From NCBI GenBank assembly GCA_964247055.1, contig OZ176050.1, positions 15,066,001-15,130,000 of the forward strand: a stretch of 64,000 bases of DNA, read 5' to 3'. This stretch comes from Paragordius varius. Lineage: Eukaryota; Animalia; Nematomorpha. Under the pieces are notes generated by a model, which searched no databases, was not told the origin of the DNA, and saw nothing but the letters and a program-made list of their open reading frames with translations. Position numbers and translations under genes: made by a program. Of this stretch, positions 51,307 through 63,276 are shown one piece after another (the stretch's first letter is position 1; every line of letters starts with the position of its first letter).

Positions 51307-51635
51307 GTGATAAAATATAAAAAGCGCTTTATTTTGTATTATTTTTTAATTTTAAAATTTGACACATGTCACGTTGACTAAATTTTTACCTTTCAGTTTT
51401 AGCTCAAAATAAGTAATATCAAGTATTTTTGAATAAACTTTTTTATATATTTTGGTTTATTAATGTTATGTAAGTGCAAAATTTTGCCATTGTTTTGATT
51501 GCTTGATTTTAAACAGGACTGGGTATCCAACTACCCAATTTGAATCGAAGGACTAAAATGAGTGTGTTGTATCCAAGTGTTAAAACAGATGATTGACGTT
51601 TTCTTATGATACGCCCAAGTTGAAATTATTTGAAT

Positions 51636-52239
51636 ATGGATTATGAAAATTTAATTAATCTCGCTCTCCAGAAGAAGACTTTTCGCGATTCGGTCGAAAT
51701 CGTCTGCCTTTTGGATATTAGAAGAACACACCAGAACCATCAAATACATATTATATATTTATACTTTAGGGATATGGATGATTCCTTATTTGTAAAGAGT
51801 GCAATCCAAAGAGGCTTATTACCCTGATGAAGTTTTTCGATACTCGGAAATGAATTCTTTTATTATAAAAGTTGAGTCACTGGTAAAACTTCAGTTGTTT
51901 AGGGGAACAGTACCTATGCCACAGGAAAATCAAAGATAAGTACCCTTTTCTATTAAATTATATTTTTAATAATCTTTTAATCATATATTCATATAAATTT
52001 TATTTGGGTTATCGTCTGCTCGGTTAAATCATAATTGTTTTTTGTCGTTAACGTTTCATTTAATTAAAACTTGTCACTTATCAACAACTCTATTAATATC
52101 AAACCTCTGTTCCAAAAATCAAACAATAATGTCCTTTCCAAAGCGCAGGTTATGTACGGTATTTTTTTTAATTCCTTTTTATTTCTAATATAATAATTTA
52201 ATAACACTAACCTACAGTAAAAAATTTATCATAATAGTA

Positions 52240-52279
<40 letters not shown>

Positions 52280-55200
52280 GCAATCATAAAAATTTTATTA
52301 GAAAAAATTTTAAAAGGTTTTTTCCAAATACTTATATAGCTCACGGTACTCTGACAATTGGTTCACCAATTGTAAAAAGGGGTGCACCCCGTGTTATTGT
52401 CATTGTCATTGTCGCTCTCCAGAATACAAATACACAACCTAAAGTTTTGTTTTATACTATATTAGCCAAATAAAGATAAAAGTATTTGCTTTAAAAGAAA
52501 AACAAATGGATTGGATTTGCTCAAACTTAAAGAAAGTATTGCAAAACGTTTAGGTTTAATTTACCGTATAATTTAGCGACCAAACAAAATACAAATACCA
52601 CAATTCCTCAAATATTGCAAGTAAAAAAGGATGTTAAAGTTAATCCTCTGGTCACAAAGTCGACTAAAAATTTGGATTTAAAGCAAAAAATAGTCTCAAA
52701 TGAGACAAAAACAAACTCTTTGAGCAATAAAAACAATGTAAATAATTCCAGTTGCGACAATAAAACAAATAGAAAAAAACCGCCCTTAACTGTTAACCGC
52801 GAAAATATATCAATTATTGAATGTCACCAATCAAAAGACAACAATAAATCTGCAAAAAAGTCTCAAAATATAAAACAATTATCTTTTGAGGATATTATAA
52901 AATTAGCTCAGCGAAATCAATCGCCCTTAACCACAAAAGGTAATATTATCTTTTTTAATTTATTCAAATAAATCTATTAGGATAAAACATAAAAACTAAA
53001 AATATTTTTCATAAGGATTTATTTAGATAACCTTGATTACAATTGTCATCCTAAAAGTGTTTGTTACCAATTATCTTATATTAATTTTGCAACTAAAAAC
53101 GATACATTAAGCAAAAATTAAAGTTAATAAAATTGGTTATTTATAAGAAAAGGTTTCCTAGATATAACGATTTATTTGTTAAATTTTTAGTTTTACTGTA
53201 TTTCTTGTTTAATTTAAATTAGAGTTTATTTTTTTAAGGTTATAATGTCTGCAAAGTTTTTTTAATATAACTTATCTATGCTGGATGAATTGTTTTACAT
53301 TTAATTATTAACATAATCAATTATATATTCAATTTAAAAAAATGATTAACGGTATATATTATCTTAAAAAGTTTTTAACTGTTTTTATATTATTTAAATA
53401 TACCATTTTCATTACATGTTGGTTTCCCTAAAATTAAGTTTTAATATATATATATATATACAACGTATTAAATTTTTATTTTACGCACTTTTTTGGATGT
53501 TTTTTCCTTTAAATATAAAGATTTTTCATTGAAACCAATTTTTCTGGCTGGAATCATTTTTTGTTATGCAATATTTTATAAAGTTTTATGAGGACAAATT
53601 CACCTATAATCAATGTTTATGTTTTATTTTATCTGAAAATCTAATACTTTAGAATCCAACAAAAGTCAAACGTCGTCCACCACATTAGATCGAAATGTTA
53701 CAACTACCCCTGAAGGCAGGAATAAGATTTCAACTTTTCATAAAGATAATTTACCTGCCACGAATCGAAAAAAGATTGGAAATAGTTCTGAAAAAGTTTC
53801 GAGAATTGAACCAAATTCAAAAGAAAGGAATAATGTTTCCGCCCTTTTCAAAGCAAAACCCAAAGCTGTGGTCGAAATTCCCAGTAGCGTGAAAAGAAGA
53901 CCTCTTCCCTTGCAAAAAACAGATGATCAATTCATTGATGATGATGAGAGCAATTCAGAGCATGTCGATTATTCTAAATATATCCGTCAAATTTTTGGTT
54001 ACGATAAGAATAAGTAATGCCTCTTTGCCGAAATATTTATGTATGTATATGACATTTTAAAGGACAAAATGAAAATATCTATATTTTTTTTGAAAAGGAC
54101 AACTATAATATTTTTAAACCTTGATAAAATTTTACCACAATCACAATATATTAAAATTACAAAGGTCGGTTTGTGTTGGATATGCCTGTTTTGTTAGACA
54201 GACAGAATTTGAGTTTTTTAGCATAAACAATGATGAAATTTTAAAAAACATTTTTTATAGTCAATTTTTAGAATTTATAAACTGTTAAGAGACCTTTATT
54301 CGAAAAGTTAATAAGCAATTTAATCTGATTTTTGTGTTTTCAGATATCGAGACGAAGTTTTTATCGACGATGTGCGCGAATCCTCCTTCAAGGATGTCAT
54401 GACTGAGGAAGCCAGAAGGTATTATTATTATACAATTAATTTACTTCCCTCAAAAATTTAATATTTCTTATATAAATAATTGCAAAAACTATATTTTTTA
54501 GTTATAAATAAAATATCAAGTAAAATAAAATTTTATGTAATATATATTGAAAATTGATATTTTAAGGACAAAATAAAAATATAATTTTTTTTAAAAAATA
54601 ACTATGTTTTTGAAAACAATTTTTTGAGAATTAACTCAAATTCAGCTTTTTTTACTAATCATTTTGGGTCGCAAAATATGGATGTTAATTGTTAACTTAT
54701 ATTATACCATTTACACTTAAAATTCCCATTGAAAAATTCAAACCCTAAAAATAAATTTGTATTTTAGGATTAAAAATACCTATTTTTTTATTTAGAAAAT
54801 GTAATTTAGTTAAAAATTAAAATTATGGTGAAAAATAGTAAACTAAGTCATAAAAATATATTTCATATTTATGATGAGTATATTAGCAGCCCGAAAACAC
54901 ATAATTTATTTTAGCGGGTGAATTTGAATTCTAAATGGAATACAATCATTTAGGGATATTAATATCGCTTTCTGTATTAATTTGTTTCAATCTTACTCTC
55001 TTAACTTATACAGTAATTGAAATTATACGGATAAAACGTTAAAATATAAAGACAAAACAATTTTTTCTAAAAGACAACCATATCTTTTATAGACCTTAAT
55101 TTATCCTTTAAAAATCATTTAATTACAACTGTAAATTGCATCATTGATTGAGTTACCTATTAATATATCTATTTTTTATTTTGTAGTTTAAAACAATCAG

Positions 55201-55457
55201 TTATCATTTAAACATAAAGATTTAAAAAGTATGGTTGTCTTTTAGAGAAAATAATATATGTTTTTATATTTTTACGTTTTGTCCGTATAATTTCAATTTT
55301 TACTGTATTTTACTTTTTTGTGTTCAGCACAAAGTTAGGCATTTTGGAAGATTTGGAAGACATAAAAATGGAAAAGAAAATGTTGGCTCTAAAACAGCAA
55401 AAAATGCAATCTGGTCGACGACCCGCTCAACCCAAAAATAAACTATTTCACAAATAA
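51636..55457 (+). CDS. SPT2: SPT2 homolog (histone chaperone, SPTY2D1); 5' exons uncertain
   Basis: Exons 52577-52940 (KQLSFEDIIKLA), 53653-54013 (DDQFIDDDE..DYSKYIRQIFGYDKNK), 54344-54418 (YRDE..ESSFKDVMTEEAR) and 55328-55457 (STKLGILEDLEDIKME) join in phase. The putative start MDYENLINLA at 51636 resembles the SPT2 N-terminus, but I could not splice it to the rest. Confidence 0.85.
55011..55305. mobile_element. MITE family A copy
   Basis: TA-flanked TIRs; ends about 20 nt before the acceptor of the last SPT2 exon. Confidence 0.9.
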
Positions 55458-55786
55458 ATTAAAAATATTATAAACAGTGTAATAGAAATATATATGGTTA
55501 ATATATAAAAAATTAATAAATTATTCTAGTTAATTCTTTATAAATTATGTTTCTTGCTAGTTTTATGGGACTAATACCTGAATAAATCAAAGGATGCATA
55601 TTTTATCTAATGTTAAAGTAATAAGCTGTATATTTAAGGAGTGTATTCAAATTATTTCGGTGTTTGATATTGTCAGGCGTCTAATTTTTTTTATAATTGT
55701 ATCTTTATTTTTGACATTTCAATCATGTAATAGCATTTTTAAAGCCTGTTACAGTAAGAATTGAAATTAAAACGAATATTTAATGC

Positions 55787-56090
55787 TTAAAAGTTTTTTA
55801 TCTTCATACTTACAATCTTATTCCAAAGATGCTTATCTAGACATTTGGTAATGCCGAGGTTTAGTATTTTTATGTCATTTTTAATGTTGTTTTGTTCCAG
55901 GAATGTGTTGGGCGGCGTTCTTTGCGGTTGTTTCCAGAGGGTTGTCTGTTTAATGGTTTGGACTGGATTATCGGCTTGTCCTCTTTCAATGTGACTCAAA
56001 TATTTGAGTCTGCCTTTTGTACAAACTTTTCTATTTTATCATATTTGTGTTTAAGAGGGATAAGAACAATGATACTTTTTTGAACACCCG
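55787..56090 (-). mobile_element. 5'-truncated non-LTR retrotransposon (RTE-clade-like ORF C-terminus)
   Basis: Translation GRLKYLSHIERG..TLWKQPQRTPPNTFLEQNNIKNDIKILNLG..LDKHLWNKIV matches the typical RLxWLGHVxR...RPRGRP..W..D...L...DR..W C-terminal pattern. Confidence 0.65.
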
Positions 56091-56093
56091 ACA

Positions 56094-57034
56094 TCTATAA
56101 TCTATATATTTATAAAAATGGAAAATGCTGGCTTTGTGATTTGATTCCGGAAAACCAGTAGAAACATTCAAATCCGAATGTCGAAAAAATATAATCATTA
56201 ATAAATGCCCTGACAATAGCTCCGCCCTTTTTTGGAATTAGGTCCCCAGTTCGGGCCCACCCCGTGTGAAAAATGGGTTAAGTCAATTTTCCGGAGAACG
56301 TGTTGGACCATTCAATTTCAAATATGATTTTGTTTACTTATTTTTGATCGCGCCGAACATAGTCGTCTACTTTTGTGATTTAGGCCTTCTTTTTACCCGC
56401 TCCCCCCGTAAAATGCCATTTTTTTCAAAAAACAAAGTCCACAAAAATAATTTTTTGATTGTAATTTTCGCCCTAGCTATGAGACCGTAAAAATTCAATA
56501 TGGATTCCACGTATTCCCTGTTAAAAGGCAAAAATTTTAGTCAAGCGTTTCTTTGATGATAGCTTCTGAGTAAGGAGCTACCGGCGAAAAACTCACCAGT
56601 CATATCGAAATATCGTGCTTTTGGGGCTAAATTTCAGAAAACCTATCAGGCCATATGAGTTCAATAGCTGCCTAAAGTATTACCCGTAAAAAGTCAAAAA
56701 TTTTATCGAGCTAATTTTCCAAATTAGCCGTTAAATAAGCCCTTTACTTCCTAAAAAATGCGCTATCATTGAACTATTATTTAGTTTTGAAGCCATTCTT
56801 CCATAAACTATTAGGAATGAAAGATGATTCCATATATAAAGGCAAAATCTTTCATCTAACTACATTTTGGCATCTGGGTAGGGGGCTACCCGCCTACAAC
56901 TGCGCCATCACATCGATACAGCATGCCTTCGGAGCCAAATTTTTGAGAACTTATGAGACTATGTGAATCATTTAAAACTTCGTGCTGCATAATAAAATTG
57001 TCTATAAAATCAAACAGCACGAGATTTACGCTAG
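56094..57034 (+). mobile_element. Non-autonomous Helitron, third (shorter) copy
   Basis: A^TCTATAATCTATATATTTATAAAAATGGAAA 5' end and ...TTTACGCTAG^T 3' end; reverse-complement similarity to 8564-10078. Confidence 0.85.
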
Positions 57035-57767
57035 TATATTATAATTGTGTTATTAATTACTGATACATGAGTATAATGGTTGACGTGCAAAGTTAATATA
57101 TATTATTATTATTATACTATACGTTCAAGTTATAACTTCAAAATTTTGAGTATGCATAAAATTTTTTTTATAACAATATTATATTGTGTATACCGTAAGT
57201 GTATCTAGTAAATAATATTGTAAAAATTCAAAATATACCGACAAAATATAAAAATATAAGGACAAATATTTTTTTCTAAAAAACAATGATAATGAATCTT
57301 AATTTTTTTAATTATAACTCATTGTTTGAAATGGTAGTGTGTTATAGAGATGTTTATTTACACAATCAAGTTTAAATATTACAATAATAATTACATAGCT
57401 TATATGAGAAAAATTAAGGATTTAAAAAGTATGGCTGTCTTTAAGATAAAAATATTTGTCTTTATATTTTTACGTTTTGATCTGTATAATTTTACTTTTT
57501 ACTGTAACTATTTTTCATTCACGCTCAACGTTTCTAGCCAAATTTAAATCTAATTCAATCAAACTAATACATTTTTAGTTAAACTAACTTTATTTAACGA
57601 CTTTATCAAATATTTTTTGTTTTAATTAGATGGTATCTATAATAGAATAACAATTTTTTTATTTGAAGCCAAAGTACAATACGCCTAAGTCCAGGAGAGT
57701 CTTCAGAAAAATAAATAAATAATATTTATTTTCAAAATATAAAAATTATATAATATATGGAATAATA

Positions 57768-58047
57768 CAGTAAAAATTGAAATTATACGAAAACATAAAA
57801 ATATAAAAACAAATTTTTTCTAAAAGACAACCATACTTTCAAAACCTTAATTTTACACATATAAGTTATTTAATTACAATTATAAAATATAGAATTGATT
57901 GTTTTATTATTATATATCTCTATTTCAGATTTTTCCATTTAAAACAATGAGTTATATTGAGTTAAATGTCTAGATTTAAAAAGTATGGTTGTTGTCTTTT
58001 AAAAAAAATATTTGTCTTTATATTTTTACGTTTTGTCCGTATAACTG
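57768..58047. mobile_element. MITE family A copy directly 3' of the AP-3 sigma stop codon (second copy at about 57218-57504)
   Basis: ta-cagtaaaaattgaaattatacg ... cgttttgtccgtataactg-ta. Confidence 0.9.
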
Positions 58048-58052
58048 TAAAA

Positions 58053-58886
58053 TTAATGGAATTTAAGATTGGAAAAATTGATGGATGGCAAATCAGGCAT
58101 TTTGATGTTATCTTTTAAATGCTGAGAAATGTTTATGTTTTTCATGGTTGAGAGGGCTCGTGCGGGAGCTCCACTAATTCCAGCCTAAAACATAAAATGT
58201 AAGAATTAAAAAATAAAAAATCTAAATGAAAACCATATGTTTTAATACTCTTTACACCCTTATTCTTTAAATAATCACCAAAACGATTGGTTTTATCACA
58301 ATAAAGGTTGAAAATTTTTTTTAATTTTATTGTTACAAACAAAGACAAACTTCATTTCTTTCAATTTTATTTTGTTCCTCAACTCGATTTACGATTTCTT
58401 GCAAGTTTGTCTCCAAAACTAAACCACCCATCACGATTTCCGACAAGATATAATGGACTTTATCGACGTGAAAGATAAGATCTAGTTCACAAACGTTCTC
58501 AAAGCATTTATCTAAAGCTTCAACAAAAACCTTTTCGCATTAACAAAAACATTTTTTACCTGTATCAAATCTAAAATGCCCAATTCACTTTCAGATGAAT
58601 CAACACAGAAAACAAAATATAAAGTAGCATAATGACGATATATTAATTTGTAATCCGTTCCTCCGATAAAACTAAGGATTAAATGGGACAAAACTTGCCA
58701 CCTTCCAAAAAATTGCAAACCGAATCATCCCGTTTGGAAACTAATTGAAACGTTTCTTTTATTATCTGCAGTTGTTCTTCTTCTGTCTATAGATAAAAAA
58801 ATTATTTTTTTAAAAACGTAATATTGGAAAAATTTGGAGAGACGAATTTTGCCATGGTTATTAAAAACCAGGATTGCTTTGATCAT
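58053..58886 (-). CDS. AP3S: AP-3 complex subunit sigma, 194 aa; join(58818-58886, 58695-58786, 58560-58671, 58351-58530, 58053-58184)
   Basis: [23 protein letters not shown]|[30 protein letters not shown]|..[27 protein letters not shown]|[26 protein letters not shown]..|[10 protein letters not shown]. Exon lengths sum to 585 nt with GT-AG introns. Confidence 0.97.
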
Positions 58887-58927
58887 CTCTTCAACGCGTA
58901 ATATTTCAGTTCATTCATCTGCTAAGC
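58887..58927. promoter_or_regulatory. 41-bp spacer between divergent start codons; contains ACGCGT and TTTCAGTT (Inr-like or trans-splice acceptor)
   Basis: Position between the AP3S ATG (58884-58886, minus) and the PES1 ATG (58928); function inferred. Confidence 0.5.
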
Positions 58928-61900
58928 ATGGGAAAAATTATAAAGAAAGGTAAAGCCGGAACCGCAGCTATTTATATAAACAGAACTCAAGCGTGCAAAA
59001 GACTACAATTAAGTTTAGCCAGTTTTCGGTATTTATGTACTTTTGATTTTATGTTTAGTCGATTATGTATCCTAAAAGGAATCTATCCCAAAGATCCAAA
59101 GCACAGAAATAAACTTGATAAAGGCAAAAAAGTACAACAACCAGCAACCTATTATCTCTTGAAAGATATTCAGTTTCTAGCTCATGAACCCTTAATCGAA
59201 AAGTTTCGGGAGTTTAGAGTTTAATCACATGTTTATTTTTCAGGTTTTTTGTCGAAAGTTGAAAACTTTAAAGTCCAAGAAAGAGTATGATCGATTGGAA
59301 GCATTTAAAGGAAATAAACCCAATTACACATATGATCATATCATCAAAGAAAGGTTTAAATTTATGAGATTGTTACTATTAAATTGTTTTGTTGTCTATT
59401 AGAATTCTTTAAATTTATAATTATTTTTTATAGGAGACCGTATTTTAAATCATTATTATAAATAACCTATATAATTACGGAAAATTTAAATTTAGATTTT
59501 ATACCAAACGCTTTATTCCATAATTGCAAAAAATGTTTGGTATTATTTTAAAAATCTATGATTTTAGAAATATTGGCATTTCTTTTTATCCTTTGTCGCT
59601 TTATAGTTATAATTTTTATTGAATTGGAAAAAAACTTTAATAACATATACACTAAAAACTGAAATTTTACGGACAAAAAGTAAAAATATAAAAACAGATA
59701 TTTTTTTGTAAAAGACAACCATACTTTTAAAATGTTGATTTTTTAAAACTTCAAAGTATAAAATAGTGATATAAATTGCACAAACGCCATCAATTATGTA
59801 TTTTACGATTGTAATTACATGATTTTCATAGGATAAATCAAGGTTTTAAAAAGTATGGGAATGTCTCTTGAAAAATAAATTTGTCTTTATATTTTTACGT
59901 TTTGTCCATATAATTTTGTTTAATCAGATATCCAACATTCCTTGATGCGTTGCGTGATTTGGATGATTGTTTAACGCTTTGTTTTCTGTTTTCCCGATTA
60001 CCGAAAATGCGTTGGCTTAGTGATCGAGTCACTGCACTTTGCACACGTCTTACCGGTTATTTCAATTTATTTCAAGAAAATTTGATTGTTGAAAGTTTCA
60101 TTGAAACTCTTTATAAAGCCACACAGGGGTCTTAGGATTAGATTCTTTGTTTAAGCCTGGGGTGTCCAGGTTGCTAAAAAATTTGGTTGATAATTTGCAA
60201 AAATAATTGATTTTCTTAAAAAACAATTTTTTTGCAAGTTTATCATATTGGTAAACCGATAATAATTATAAAACCTGGCAATCCACTTTTCAAGAAGATT
60301 TATATTTTCTCCATATTAAAATCGAACAAGCAGTAAACAGATAAGAATAAACTATATCACGCTTACCTCCTTTGAAAGGAGACAATAGTTCATAAAGAAA
60401 AGTTTATCTTATTGGCAAAAACGATTTGGAAAATATTTTTATAATGTATTTGGATTAACAGTCTTTGTTTAATATCTAAGATATTTTAAATGCAGAACAC
60501 CGAATCTTTCGAACTAATAATGCAGCCCGTGTAGTCATTTTTGTAGGACACCCCTTGGTATATAAACTATATTTGAAATTAAAAAAAATGATGTGTTGAT
60601 ATACCATTTACAATTCAAATTCACCTTAAAAATAAATTATGAGTTTGCGGGCTAATATAACTCATCACTAATATGAAATATATTTTTACGACATAGTTTA
60701 TTATTTTATCAGCATTATATTAATTTTAACCAGAATTTCGTATTATAAAAATATTAAAAAATAAAAGTATTTGAAAAACACACAATTATTTATGGGTGAA
60801 TTTGAATTGTTCGATGGTAATTTGAACGTATATATCATTTATGCATTAAAAATTGGATTTATTGTATAAAATTGAGAGTTTTTTAGGGTTTTATATATTA
60901 AAAGGAAACTTTTATTTTCTTTTTACGCCATATTAATATATTTTATGAATATAATTTTAGTTGAATTCATGTTTTTGGTGATTTGCAAACGCGCGCTTCG
61001 CAAAGTTTTCCTTTCCATCAAAGGCATTTATTATCAAATCGAGTTGGAAGGACAAGTAATTACTTGGCTCGTCCCTTATCAATTTCCTCAACAAGTATTT
61101 ACTCATATACCTTTTTTTAGAAAAGTTTATTTTCAAGGAATCAGTTCTTTTACAAATTCCGGAGAACGAAAAATAATTAAAAAATTTAAAAACTATTTGT
61201 TAATCTTTCAAAAACGATTATTGGTAGAAAATTTGTAGATTTTGAAAAATAAAGCTAAAAATTCTACTAAAAAATTAAACTAAAACGTTTCCCCTTATAA
61301 AAACACTTAAACCACGGAATCAAAAAATTTTATAAAAAATATTAACAAAAATGATTAATTAAAAATAGTTGTTGTTTTTTTTTTATTTTTCTTTATTTAA
61401 TTTCTCCCAAACCATCATTGGCAAGTAATTTGTATATTTCAAAAAATAAAGCTAAAACATTTTACTAAAAAATTAAAAACCGCAAAATCAAAAATTCTTA
61501 TATAAGAAATATCGTCAACATGCATTTAAAAACGGTACCAATTTTTGCTTGCTTTTATTTTTCATTTTTTTATATTTTCTGTTTTCTAGATGAACAGAGG
61601 GGTTGATTTCCGCATAATGGTGACATTTCTTGACTTTTATTCTAATCTGCTTGGATTTGTGAATCATCATCTCTTCACACAATCAAACTTTAAATACCCC
61701 CCCAAGGTAGTATTTTTTTTTACAATTTTTTTCCCTTGTCGCAATTTTAAAGTTTAATATAGTAAAAATTGAAATTATACCGACAAAACTTAAATACTAA
61801 AAGACAACTATACTTTTAAAACCTAAATTTTTCCTATATAAAATATTTAACCACTATTGTTATAAAATAATTAATTGATTGTGTTACCAATTACATCTCT

Positions 61901-63276
61901 ATTTTTACATTTGCAGTTTAAAACTCCAAGTAATATTTAAAAAAAAGAATTAATAAGTATGGGTTTTAGAAAAAAATATTTGTCTTTATATTTTTACATT
62001 TTTTTAATTCTTTTACTGTGTAACTTATTTTAGTTTTCGACGTTACACCTTTCAGACAACTTGGATGATGAGATTTCGTGGTTTTCACAAAAAGATTCCA
62101 TGATTGAACGATTAGCGCTTTTCTGCCAAACTGAGTCTGAGGGAGTCCTTGAAACTCTAAATAAAGACATCACATATCAGGCTCAGCAAGAAGATGTAAA
62201 TAATATGCTTTAGTTTTTTGAATATGTGTTTCATCTTTTTGCTAAATACGTTTTTATATATTCTATAAATACCATTTTTCAGTCAAAAGCAATATTTTTT
62301 ACAAGCAAAGACAACTGAAATGTTGCATTTGTTTAGAAATTGTTGCTTTTGATTGAAAAATAGTATATATAAAACATGGGAAATAATATATAATTGTATC
62401 TTGTAAAAAGTTATTTAATATGCCGCGTAAATTAAATATTGTTTTTTTTTATAATGTTTTTCCTATTTTTGGATAATAACGTCGTAAAATATAAAGACAA
62501 GTATTTATTTTTAAACAAACTTATTTTTTTGAATGCAAAATATGGAATATGGATGTACATTGGTAACACAATCAATTATGTTTACTTACAATATCAATTA
62601 AAAACTCTGTATATAGGAAGAAATAAGGTTTAAACAGTTAAAATTAAACGGACCAAACATAAAAGACAAATAATTATATATATATATAAGATAACTGAAC
62701 TTTTTTTACCCTTAGTTCCTATATAAGGTATTTGATTATAAAAAAATGTAGAATTCATTGTGTTAGTAATATATATACATCTCTATTTCACACTTTGCCA
62801 TTTTAAACAATGAATTTTATATATAAAAATCAAAATTTTAAAAGTTTGGTTGCCTTTTAGAATATAAATATTGTCCGTATATTTTTACGGCCATTATAAA
62901 CTATATGTTTTATGAAAAATCAAGATTTAAAAAGTTGGATTGTCTTTTAGAACATAAATATTGTCCGTATATTTTTTGTTTTATGAAAAAATCAAGTTTT
63001 AAAAAGTTGGATTGTCTCATAGAACATAATTATTGTCCGTATATTTTTACGTTTTGTCCTTTGTCTCAATTTTAATTTTCTAATGTTATAGGATGATCCC
63101 GCTCAGGAACTTTTACAACAAATTGTTTCACAAACAAATCCTGAACACTCCAAACAAGAACAAGAACAGAATGGGCGGGAATTCGTTAAAGAAACGACAA
63201 AAATCGATTTATTCTCAAAATGTAAATTCTTTTTGAATCGTGAAACGCCGAGAGATGCCCTCACCTTCGTTATCAA
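58928..63276 (+). CDS. PES1: Pescadillo homolog (ribosome biogenesis, BRCT); 3' end lies beyond the window
   Basis: LQLSLASFR|[88 protein letters not shown] and BRCT start [22 protein letters not shown]; exons join in phase. Confidence 0.97.
61760..62019. mobile_element. MITE family A copy in PES1 intron
   Basis: Degenerate TIRs, ending about 14 nt before the acceptor at 62034. Further copies at about 59648-59920 and 62470-63080. Confidence 0.75.

Noticed and set aside
51820-51850. CTGATGA...GAAA resembling a hammerhead ribozyme core
   Set aside because: Stem II is only 2 bp with an extra base before GAAA, and I found no convincing stems I/III or cleavage triplet.
58542-58550. Intronic GTTTTTGTT echoing the start of the next AP3S exon (intron birth by duplication)
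   Set aside because: A 9-nt low-complexity match is expected by chance in T-rich DNA.
4580-62019. MITE family A as an introner that creates its own splice sites
   Set aside because: In the introns checked, GT and AG lie in flanking host sequence 8 nt or more outside the TIRs, so the element inserts into pre-existing introns.
1109-63000. Many 60-100 aa ORFs rich in I/K/F/Y/N in the ORF track
   Set aside because: They fall in MITEs, Helitrons, AT-rich introns or antisense to real exons, and show no recognisable motifs.
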